A DNA stretch of 64,000 nt, taken from positions 59,956,001 through 60,020,000 of the forward strand of contig NW_024704743.1 of NCBI RefSeq assembly GCF_018977255.1, read 5' to 3'. Positions 38,687-49,859 of the stretch are shown one piece after another. The notes beneath the pieces were generated by a model that searched no databases, was not told where the DNA came from, and saw nothing but the letters and a program-made list of their open reading frames with translations. Every line of letters starts with the position of its first letter. The stretch's first letter is position 1. The position numbers were made by a program, and so were the translations under genes. The stretch is from Callorhinchus milii (taxonomy: Eukaryota).

Positions 38687-39314
38687 CCGGTTGGTCCAAC
38701 TGGCAGCTCTCGAGCCACATTCGGCCCAGGGGATGATTTCATCCAGCGTGAACCCAGTCGCGGGAAAAACAGCGGCACAAGTCAGCTGTTAGCAGCAGAA
38801 CCTACCAATCACTTTCAAACAGAGATGCAGAGAGAACAAGAGATACAGGTAAGTAACAGAGAGAGATATAGAGACACAGACAGAGTGAGTGAAAGACAGA
38901 TACAGAGACACACAGACTGAGAGAGAGACATACAGAGAGAGATACATGCAGGTTGAGAGAGAAACGGATACCTCAGCCATGGCTGTATTATTTTAAATTG
39001 TGTATGAATTTTTACATTGCCTATTTAAAGTTGAATTTATTTAAAATCATATAGAAATCCTATGTTTTAAATTGTGTAACTATTACCTAATTTCACAATA
39101 TTTGTTACAATGCAAACTTTATGATAATTATTTATAACAAATATTGTGAAATTAGGTAATACAGTTACACAATTTAAAACATAAGATTTCTATATGATTC
39201 TTCGTACGGGTTGTGTTTCTGGAAGAAAAACACAAAAATATTGTTGATGTTGCCCACGGACGTATCTCAAATCTGGCATCTGGCCCTCAGCAGCCAAAAG
39301 ATTGCACCACCCTG
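38687..39314. mobile_element. Non-autonomous hAT (Charlie-like) DNA transposon with an internal long inverted repeat
   Basis: Imperfect TIRs CCGGTTGGTCCAA / reverse complement CAGGGTGGTGCAA (10/13), subterminal ggccc motifs, and 8-bp flanks ATTTAGCT (38679-38686) and GTTTAGCT (39315-39322). Confidence 0.7.
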
Positions 39315-39555
39315 GTTTAGCTAATGCTGAAAAATGGGGGATTGTATCCACGGTGCAAATGACCAATGTCAGAAAAATATTCGAATGATTTTCTGATAAA
39401 CATTTTATAGCTTCATTACTGAAAGTTGTTAATAGATTTGACAATTAGAAAGATGTTATAATGACATGGAAATTATTAGATAAGTTTTAATTCTGATTTT
39501 TATATAGTTCATCAAATCACAGAGTAACGTGTTCTTTTATCTGGTGGATTTGCAG

Positions 39556-39633
39556 ATGCTTGTGAGAGTGCAAAAATGCTTTGTGACCAATATTACTTGA
39601 TTTCTCCTGAGGTGCTGATTTGTCAACTCAATG
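39556..39633 (+). CDS. PDK4: PDK exon 6 (78 nt)
   Basis: cag|(D)ACESAKMLCDQYYLISPEVLICQLN(G)|gtaag. Confidence 0.92.
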
Positions 39634-40139
39634 GTAAGTTTGAATTGTATCTTTTACTGCTTGAAAATAAAATGGTATATAGTATTCATCTTGATTTTAT
39701 ACCTTCCTGAATAGGAGAAAACTGTAACCTAATATGTCTTGTCAAACCTGCACTGAAAAGAATAATGGGGGAACAAATTTCTCTGAATTATATTTCCATC
39801 TTTTGCATTATCTGTAACAGAACTTTTTAAAGGCAAGTTGTCATGGTGATGGATAAACATTCTGTTGCAAAGATTTAAGACCTGCCGTTTTCCTGCTCAT
39901 GATTTGCATTTTTAAACAAATTGTTACTACCAAGTTAAAATGGCTGAAAAGAAAAATATGGTGGGTCCTTCACACCTCTTGGCTCACACACAGCCAGGTA
40001 CCTAAGTGAAAAAAGTGTAGAGGAAGAGGAAAAAGGTGTAGCAATTTGAGACATACTTAAGGTAATAGCCCAAATAACCAGAGTGACAGTTTCAGTAAGA
40101 CTTGCTGAAAACTAGAAGATAGTCTTAACTTTATGAATT

Positions 40140-41430
40140 GTTAACTGTTTTGGTGAAAGTAACAAATTACATTTTGTTCATCAGCTACCAGGGTTCCCTC
40201 TGCATTCTCGTCCTCCTTGACCTCTCTGCTGCCTTAGATACCATTGACCACCTTATCCTCCTCCACTTCCTCTCTTCTCACCTCAACCTTCATGGTTCTG
40301 GTCTTGACTGGTTCATATCATACCTCTCACACCATCTCCACTTCATTTCCACAAACTGTTTCTCCTCTAGCCCCCATACCGTCTCATGCAGCGTTCCTCA
40401 GGGCTCTGTCCTTGGTCTCCTCCTCTTCAGTATCTATATGCTCCCTCTTGGTGACATCATCTACAGACATGGGGTCAACTTCCACATGTATGCGGATGAC
40501 ACCCAACTCTATCTCTGTGCCTGCACCCATGACTCCAGGAACACTGCTGTCCTGACAGAATGTCTGCCAGACATCAAGTCCTGGATGAGAGCTAACTTTC
40601 TAAGTTGAACGTCAATAAGACCGAGGCTCTCCTGATTAGCTCCCGCCAGCGCCTCCACACCTCAGGCGCTGACAGTATCAATATCCATGGTTGCGCACTC
40701 CACCTCACTGAGCCAGTCCAGAACCTTGGGGTTTTGTTTGACCCTCGACTATCCTTTCTACCCCACATCCGTACCATGACCCGCTCTGCCCACCTCACAA
40801 CATCACCCGGCTCCACCACTGTCACACCGCAGGCCGCTGAGACCCTCATACACGCATTCATAACATCCAGGCTTGACTATGCAAACTCCCTGCTTGTCGG
40901 CCTCCCCAACTCCCTCCAGAGGTCGCAGATCATCCAGAACTTTGCAGCCCATGTCCTCCCCTGCACCAAGCTCCATGACCCTATCACCCCCAACCTTGCC
41001 CGACTCCACTGGCTTACCATCAAGCAGAGGATACAGATCAAGATCCTGGTCCTCGCCCTGAAAGCCCTCCATGGCCTTGCTCCCCCTACCTCTGCAACCG
41101 TCTAACCCCCTACCAACCTGCCCGCTCCCTCTACTCAGAAGGCTCTGGCCTGCTGCACATCCCTCGCCTGCCCCACCATTGGCGGGTGGGCCTTCTGCCA
41201 CCACCCTCTGGAACTCCATTCCGCAGTCCCTCCGCCTCGCCCTCCCCTTGCTCCTTCAAGACTCATCTCAAGACCCTCCTCTTCGATCGTGCCATTGAAC
41301 ACACTCCTTCCTGCGCTCCCCCCCCCGCCCTACATTCTCCCGATCCTGACCCCCAGAAACAGTGATTGTCCAGCACCTTGGGACATCCTCCCAAAGTGAA
41401 AGGCGCTATACAAATGTAATTTTGTTGTTG
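40140..41430 (+). mobile_element. L2-like LINE, RT to 3' end
   Basis: LDLSAALDTIDH, VPQGSVLG, HMYADDTQLY and a (ttg)n tail. Confidence 0.9.
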
Positions 41431-41659
41431 TATAATCGCCCAAGTCATACAGTTCCTATCAAAAATCATTTAGATTTCTCTTAAGTCATAATGCAAATCA
41501 TCTAAGTCATAACGTTGCAGCACATTAAAGACACATTAGGCTACATTGAAATGCGGAAAATGGTCTGACCTGTCAATGCATGCGCACTTACCTGCTGTAC
41601 TGACATATTAATGTGTGGTATAGATTATTGATTACATTGGAAGTTTGCCTGCAACTTGT

Positions 41660-42195
41660 ATAACAAAAAAATTACATTTGTAAAGTGCCTTTCACGTTGG
41701 GAGGGTGTTCCAAGGCAGTCAGGGATTAAGACTCGAGCGGGGTGTTTGGGATCAGGGAGGGTGGAGGACAGAGAGGGTGGGGGGTGGCTGAAGCATGATT
41801 AAAGAGTAGGGTTTTAAGGTGTGCCTTGAAGAGAGGGAGCGAGGTGAAGGGAATGTTGGATGGATCCAGAGGGTGGCGGCAGAGAGGCTGAAGGCCTGAC
41901 CACTGATGGTGGGCTGGATGGGGGACATGGAGCAGGCCGGAGCCTGTTGAGCGGAGTGGCAGACAGGTTGATAAGGGATTAGCAGAACGGTGAGGTAGGA
42001 GGGGGCAAGGCCATGGAGGCCTTGAAGGTGAGGACGAGGATTTTTAACTTGATCCTCTGAGGGATGGGGAGTCAGTGGAGTCGGACGAGGGTGGGTGTGC
42101 TGGAGAGGACACGAGCTGCAGAGTTCTGGATGAACTGCAGCTTGTGGAAGGAAGAGTTGGGAAGGCCGACAAGCAGGGCATTAGTCGAGCCTAGA
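41660..42195 (-). mobile_element. L2-like LINE 3' fragment
   Basis: Similar to 34170-34730. Confidence 0.75.
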
Positions 42196-42399
42196 TGCAC
42201 TTTGCGTAAGTCATGTTAAAAGTTATTGTCCGGCTGATACAACTTCTCTGAGTTTTACTGTATATCCATCTTACCACCTCAAAATATGGATTAGTAATAT
42301 GCATTTTGTTTTACAGAGGGCTGGTGTCTTGTTTCATACAATTTTATTATGATACATAGTTTAATCCATTTATGAACTCAATGCCATGCTCATATTAGT

Positions 42400-43130
42400 T
42401 AAATCAAGTCCTGGACGAGAGCCAACTTCCTCCAGCTCAATGTTGGCAAGACTGGGGCCCTACTGCTTGGTTCCCAGCAGCACCTCCTCAGCTGCTGACA
42501 TTATCATTATTCATGACTGAACTCTTCACATCACCATGCCAATATGTTCCTTTTCGACCCCCAGGTATCCTTCAAACCCCACATTCGTGCTGTGATGCAT
42601 TCCCCCTTTCCTCACCTCTGCAACATTGCCCGCCTCCGCCACTGCCTCTCATCGTAGATGGCTAAGACCCTGATCCATGCTTTCATCCCTGGCTTGACTA
42701 CGCCAACTGCCTGCTCACTGGATTTCCCAACTCTTCCCTCCACAAACTACAGAGGATTCAAAATTGCAGCTCATGTCATTTCCCACACCAGGCCCCGTGA
42801 ACCAATCGCCCCCATTCTTACCTGGTTTCACTAGCTCCCCATCCCTCAGAGAATAGAGTACAAAACTCTCGTTCTCACCTTCAAAGCCCTCCTTGGTCTT
42901 GCTCTCCCCTAGCTCTCCAACCTCCTAATCCAATATCAGCCTGTCCACTCCCTCTGCTCGGCGGACACCGGCCTGCTTCAGGTCCCTCGCACTTCCTGTC
43001 CCACCATAGATAATTGGGCATTCAGCACCTCTGCCCCCACACTCTGGACCTCTATCCCGCAATCCCTCCGCCTTGCATCCTCTCTTGCCTCCAAGTTCCA
43101 TCTAAAGACCTTCCTCTTCGGCCACCCTTT
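42400..43130 (+). mobile_element. L2-like LINE fragment, decayed
   Basis: Aligns by eye to 40575-41290. Confidence 0.75.
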
Positions 43131-44007
43131 TAGTTCTATTTATCAGTATAACAACTTCCCATTTTCAGTAACTTCAGATTTTCAACCAGAACACAAGAAC
43201 TGATCCCAATATTCTCACTAGACTTGAGTTGGGATACCTTTAGTTTCGATGTTTTGACGACTGTTTAAAATAGAATATCCATTATCTTCTAGTTCAAGAA
43301 CTGCTCTAATTTAACTCTTACATGTCCAAAGAAGCACTTAATAATAATAATTTGGTCACTCAATCCATGACTGTTTGTGGGACACTGCGCCACGTTTTGC
43401 CCACAAAATATTACATTCAATTCACTTTGCAGTATAGTCTGTGAAGCGCTTTGAGGTGTTTCAACAACTTGTTAAGACACTATATCAAATGCAAGGATTA
43501 TCATCTCTTAGACTGACTTTTTGTCCCATTTTCAGCTCACCTGCTGTGATACTTAATAAAAACGAAAGGTGCTGAAACGTGAAAATCTTATTATTGCATA
43601 ATCACTGCTTACTAACTAAAATAAAATATTTTGAACATTGCCTGGGGATTTCTTTCCTTTTTTTCCCAATGTTCAATAATTTTTACTATTATCTATTTAT
43701 TTTAGTTTTTTTCCCTTCACTGAAAGCTTTGATGTTTTGATTTTGGCTTGTACCTCTGGAATAATTTTTATGTACAAGTGAGGTGTTTAAAAGAAATTCA
43801 TGTGTCAAAAGAGTAATTTGGCTAGAGGACTTGCTTAAAATGGCTTAATTGTGCTTTTTCTGTTATGCTGTGGAAAGGATTAGAAGTAAAAATATTATAT
43901 TGAGCCATTTCAAGGAAGCTAAATATTAGATTGTATAATCTTTATTTGCAGAGGAAAAATTCTCTACCTATATGTTTGACATAATTTTCTTCCTCCCCCT
44001 TCCAAAG

Positions 44008-44084
44008 GAAAGGCACCAGGGTGCTCTATCCAAATTGTATATGTTCCTTCACATCTGTACCACATGCTGTTTGAACTTTTTAAG
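44008..44084 (+). CDS. PDK4: PDK exon 7 (77 nt)
   Basis: aag|(G)KAPGCSIQIVYVPSHLYHMLFELFK|gtaag, the start of the N box. Confidence 0.92.
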
Positions 44085-45981
44085 GTAAGGATTTCTTATT
44101 ATTGCTATTTGTAAATTTTAGCAATCAATCAGGTGTATATATATCAATCTAGATTGGCACCATCTTAATCTACAGAGGTCTACAGTGCGGTTCGGATATT
44201 CACCCCTTGTCGGCTGATTTTCCCTGTTTCTATTTGTAGGCTAATTTAAGTATATTTATTTCTTCATCTTGCTTGTTCAAGCTATTTGAAATTGAATTTA
44301 AAGTGAATGTTGATGAAATAATTTTCTTGTTTTTTTCTGAACCTGAGCATCTTTACTGCAGTAGAACCTGTGAAAGTTCCCTATTAATCATTATATCTGA
44401 TTCAAATCCGGGTATAGTTTTCAGTAGAAATTGTGTAAGAACAGTGTGGGATGAGTATCCCAGTGGAAAAATGCCGACCAGATTGCTTGGCATTTCCTTC
44501 TGTGCCAAAGGGAACTGAACATAGTGCCTCTGAACATGTATTGTCTCATTTAGCGGAATGGTACATTGAGAGTTTAGCATGTTTCATCATCAAACTCAAT
44601 ATATTAATTCAGTGTCTCTGTTAAAATACTGTGATTTAGTGGCCAAACATTGTGAAGACAGTAAAGTGGTATTGCATTAATGACCATGAACGTTAAAATC
44701 AAAAATATATCCACTTGTATTGCAACTAGACCATCTCTTAGGTTTGCCACTTTAGTAAATTGAAACCTAGGAGAAGCAAGTCCCAAATCCATAACTGCAA
44801 ATTGGCTGCTGAGTTTGCCCACAAAATATGTAATTATACCACCTTACAGTAGATCCTGTGAGACCCTTTGAGATGTCTCGACAACATGTTAAGGTGTGGT
44901 ATCAAATGCAAGAATTGTTATTATTAATAAAATGCAATATGATAATTGCTTGGGAAGAGGGGGGAAAGAGCAATTCAATAGAATTAGATAGCTCTAGTGA
45001 AGGAGTGAATAGGCCAAATTGTTTCTGTTCTGTAACCTTTATTTGATTCTGAGAAAATGGATGTTCATTTTAAAACTCAACTCTTGATAGGTTTCTTTTA
45101 GAAATTTCTAGATAATTCACACAGAAGTTATATTGGTGGCAACTCTGCATGTTTGTGGTGTGGGGATTGTAAGTTTATGCCTATAAATGTAACGTTCACC
45201 AAGAAGGCATTTGTATTCACTTTTGTTGTTGTGGAATGGCTCCAGATTTACCAACTTTGTCGAACATTCTTGTATCAAGTATGACAAGCAAGCCAATAGA
45301 AATTGTACAGTATCACATTTAAATCAAAACTGTGATGCAAGCTATTACAATGCACTAATAAAACACAATTGTATGTTCACCTGGTGCCTTAACGGGATTG
45401 TTGTCGGTTTCTTTCCTATGTTACTTACGGAAATTTCTATTTAAACTGTTGATTAGCTCACTTTTATCAGCTGACCTCATTGTAATAATCGGTAGGGGTT
45501 AAGAGTTCTAATGTGAAGTCTGAATGTTGAGCAGTACTTTACCCACTCAGATAAAATAACACGGAAAGAGAAAATGTCATGAAGTCAACAAACTTACTTC
45601 TCCAGATCTTGAACTTATCCAACCCATATAATCTCCTGAAGGAAAGTTCTGCATCTATGCTTCCTGTTTCCCAAACATTATTACATATAACTCCATAAGA
45701 ATCCATTCTTATATATCCACTATTCAACACGTTTTACATAACCAACAGTTTATCTCCTTCTCCACCTCCATTCCCCCCCCTACAAAAAAAGAGGGAGGTC
45801 TTTAATCATCAAAGTGAGACTTTAACTTTGGTCATTTTTGGTTCTCTGCTTCATTCAAAGTAAAGTAACTGTTTATCTATCAATAAATGTAGTGTTATCA
45901 CAGCTAGCTTTATTTTTTTCTGAGCTGAGACCAATTCACTATTTTGTCTGATCCGTCTGTTTCTTGCTCTCTTATCTTCAG

Positions 45982-46080
45982 AATGCAATGCGAGCGACAG
46001 TGGAGTATCGCCAATCCAGTCTTTCTCTCCCTCCTATTGAAGTGACCGTTGCTTTAGGTAATGAAGACCTTACAATTAAG
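45982..46080 (+). CDS. PDK4: PDK exon 8 (99 nt)
   Basis: cag|[33 protein letters not shown]|gtaat. Confidence 0.92.
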
Positions 46081-46099
46081 GTAATGACACTATTAACCA

Positions 46100-46840
46100 G
46101 TCTCTCTCCTCAGGATCAGTCCCACTCACCCTCAAAGCCGCGGTCATCACCCCCTCCCCCTCTTTATTTAAAAAAAAACCCTACCTTCGATCCCTCCAAC
46201 CTCGGCCACTACCGCCCTATCTCAAACCGAACCTTCCTTGCCAAGCTCTGGAACGCGTTGTTGCCAACCTACTGTCTCCGACAATACCTCACCCCACAAG
46301 CTGCCGAAACCCTTATCCATGCCTTTTTCACCTCTCAGCTGGATTCCTCTAACATCCGCCTCGCCAGTCTCTCCTCCACTATTCACAAAATCCAACTCAT
46401 TCAAAACTCCGCCATTCGCATTCTCACCCGCACCAAACTTCGTACCCCGATTACTCCAGTCCTTGCCAAACTCCACTGGCTCCCTGTCAAGAACTTACTG
46501 TAGTGTTTAAATTCCTCCATTCCTTAGACGCCCCACAGCAGTACCCATTACCTCGACCCTACTGGGTCCGGCCTCCTCCACGTCCCCAAATTCTTCGCTC
46601 CACCATCGGCAGCTGTGCCTTCATCCACTATGTCCCAAAACTTTGGAACTCCCTCCCTCAAACCCTTCGCCTCGCCCCCCCCCCTCCTTCCCCATCTTCA
46701 GGTCGTGCTTGAAAACCTTCCTTTTCGGTGCTTACAGTCACCGTCCCCCTCCCCCAGACTCAGCCTTAGGCTCCACCATTGTTAAACGCTCTGAGGCGTC
46801 GCCCATGATGGAGGGCGCTATATAAATGCAAGTTGTTGTT
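46100..46840 (+). mobile_element. Internally deleted L2-like LINE directly after the exon 8 donor
   Basis: YRPISN..LAKL is joined to [17 protein letters not shown]; ends in a gcgctatataaatgcaag(ttg)n tail. Confidence 0.8.
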
Positions 46841-47025
46841 AATGTTCAATGAATTCTTTTCAGGTACTTTGTCTCATAACTCTAGCTATTCCTCAAAGGT
46901 GTGTTTCATTTGTACTCTAATTTGAATGAAATCGAGTTTGCTAACAATTTTTTCTTTAGTATTTATCTTTTCTTTGATATTGTACAAACAGTAAGTTTGA
47001 TAACAAATGGACCCCTTTCTTTTAG

Positions 47026-47136
47026 ATGTCTGACCGAGGTGGTGGTGTTCCCCTGCGGAAAATCGATCGACTTTTCAGTTATATGTATTCTACAGCCCCT
47101 AAACCAATGGTGAAGAATTCCCGCACTACTCCTCTG
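47026..47136 (+). CDS. PDK4: PDK exon 9 (111 nt)
   Basis: tag|[37 protein letters not shown]|gtaag, containing the G1 box. Confidence 0.92.
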
Positions 47137-48809
47137 GTAAGGAGATTGGTTTTGTATATAGAATCAAAAAACACTGAAGGATACATCTGTTTGAAACTAA
47201 ATAATATTGTGGCACTTTGGAGGTGAAGCATGCAAATGCTTAAAATGACGAATATGTGTTTCTCCGGTGTCCAGTTTGTTTTACAATAGTTGGCAAATGA
47301 ATAATGACCTTCAAAGTCCACAAAATAAATACCCAAATATTTTATACATAATTTTATTCCGTTTCTGTTTTTTGTAGGGGTTGGGGGTGCGGGGGAAGAG
47401 TCAGGTACTATTTGCCAAAAAATGGCAAGGGCGAAGAGAATTGAAGCAACTCCTCTCCGGGTAAATTTGTAGAAAATCAGTAAAAGGGGTAGGCAGAGAA
47501 GACCATGAATGTTTCTCGGGGGAAAACCTAAACTGATCCTTCATTATTAGATATCAGCTAACAAATGCAAGTGATTCTGATGATTGGTCACCTAATTTAG
47601 TGCCAAGAGCATGTCCTGAAGTATGTTGCGATGAGGTTGTTTTTACAGATTCGCAGGGTTCAAAGCTCTATGAAATTAGCCAGTCTGATGTGTGTGAATC
47701 CCGGGGGCAGGGGTATTACTAAAGACATATTGTTACTGATCGTCTTTCATTCAAGTATTTATGGTGAAAATCTGTTTAAAATGATTTGAAAAGAGTTAAC
47801 ATATGAAATTGATAGAGCATGATTGCATTTTACCAGTCATTAATAAAGATGCATTCAGTTGTGAATTTTGTACATTGATGCCTTGTTGTAAGGATTGGGT
47901 CCATGAAATCCAGAACATAACTAGACTGGTTGGACTGGGTTCCCACTGACAATCTAATGACCTGGAATTTGGTTGTTTTAATAATCCTTGCATTTGGTAT
48001 AGCACCTTATCACGTTGAGACTTCTCAAAGTGCTTCACAGAATATTCTGTAAAGTGAATTGACTGTATTATTTTGTCAGTAAAACGTGTCAGCCAATTCA
48101 TACATCAATGTCCTGCAAAGAGTGATAGATTGAGTGACCATATTATTATAATTTTTTGAAGGGATTATTACTACTAGAAAGCAATCTGCCAATTGACTAA
48201 CAACCGTTTTAGTGCAATTGCTAGCTGGCTCTCGAGAAGTGAGCGAGCAAATCAACTACATATGTGCAATGAATAAGAATCCACACTACAACTGGGTTAT
48301 GGCTCAGTGCTTTAGCATGTCCTCCCGACGTGAAAGGCGCTCTATAAATGTAATTTTGTTGTTATAAAGGAATTAACCCAGGAAATGTGTTATAATGGGA
48401 CTGCACTGTTCTCGTGTCTTGAAGGGACTGGCTGCTTGGGCGTAGTTTCATGAGCACCAGCCATTCTTCCAATTTCCACATGGCATATTCTTAATATCTG
48501 AGCCTGGACAGTGAGTGTTTGCAGACTGTTCACCTGTAGGGAGCATTATAGTTGAGCAACAGTTGAACAACAGGAACTTTGCTGAGCTGTAAATGTGTAT
48601 TCTTAATGCCAGAAAACTGTCCAAAATGACTTCGCAGTCAATAGTCTTAATATTTTTCTGCAAGTTTTTTTTATAATTCAGCAATAAAATCTCTGGTTTA
48701 TTGATAAATTTTAACCTGGGAGTATTTGTTTTATCAATCAGTGTGACTTTCCAAAAAGTTACTGGAAGACTGTTGAATGCAGCAAAAAATAATGTTTTTT
48801 TCTTTTCAG

Positions 48810-48923
48810 GCTGGTTTTGGCTATGGTCTTCCCATTTCCCGCCTCTATGCCAAGTATTTTCAGGGTGATCTAAACCTTTTCTCTATGGAAAGTTATGGTA
48901 CAGATGCTGTTATTTATTTAAAG
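48810..48923 (+). CDS. PDK4: PDK exon 10 (114 nt)
   Basis: cag|[38 protein letters not shown]|gtaat, containing the G2 and G3 boxes. Confidence 0.92.
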
Positions 48924-49715
48924 GTAATGTGAAATCCTGCAATAAATAAAATATCTAAGCTTTAGGAGAGTTAAGAATTGCTATAATATCCTATAAAAAA
49001 TTCACAATCATATAGGGAATTATTTTTCCTTTTAGTATTTAATATTCCATGAGTGAGTTTTATACAGTATTTGATGAATGGAATAAACACCTTATTGACT
49101 AGCTTCTCATGAATTATTCTATTTATATTACGAATGTGGTTGAATTTTGTTCAAGAAATGTTTTAAGAATGGAGATCTTTTTTCAAAGCTTGGATTTGCT
49201 GATGCTGTTTGGTGTTTCCCAATTGCTGGACGCCTGTAGGAAAAACTTCTCCCGACAGATTCATTTGCTTCAATGGAATTCATTCTATAATCCATAGTCA
49301 TGAGAGAACCAATTATTATTAGCCATGATCTGTGTTTTACTTTTAAAAACATGCCCAAAGATTTAGTTATTTAAAAATTGGAAAATGCAGTGTGGATTTA
49401 AAAGAGAATGACAACCTTTTGACATAAGTTACAAATAGCATAGCACCTTATGTCAAAATTCACAGGTTTGCAGGAAATTTCTATGACTGCTTTGTTGACT
49501 AGCGCAGCAGGCATTTAGGCCTGCAAGGTACCACAAGCTGCTATGAGAGAAATAAGCAACTACTAAGGAGAGAGGAGAATGGGAGAAACATTTTTTCCAA
49601 ATAATGTCATTGTGCCTTTTTTATGGGATCAATTTGGACAGAGAAAGGTTATATTTTTCTTTTGAAGTGAGAGAAAAATAAATATTTAAAACTTCATTCT
49701 TTTTGAATTTTAAAG

Positions 49716-49859
49716 GCTTTATCTACTGATTCAGTAGAGAGATTACCTGTTTTCAATAAATCTGCTTGGAGACATTACCAAACCAGCAATGAAGCAGATG
49801 ATTGGTGCATCCCCAGCAGTGAGCCCAAAAACCTGGCCAAGTTTGATCGTCACATTTGA
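49716..49859 (+). CDS. PDK4: PDK exon 11, coding part (144 nt including TGA)
   Basis: aag|[47 protein letters not shown], with the DW motif; total spliced CDS is 1218 nt. Confidence 0.92.
   Translation, partial: ALSTDSVERLPVFNKSAWRHYQTSNEADDWCIPSSEPKNLAKFDRHI

Noticed and set aside
1340..49859. DLX3-PDK2 assignment for the locus
   Set aside because: The N-terminus is DLX5-type, ASB4 is adjacent, and exon 5 and 9 lengths are PDK4-type.
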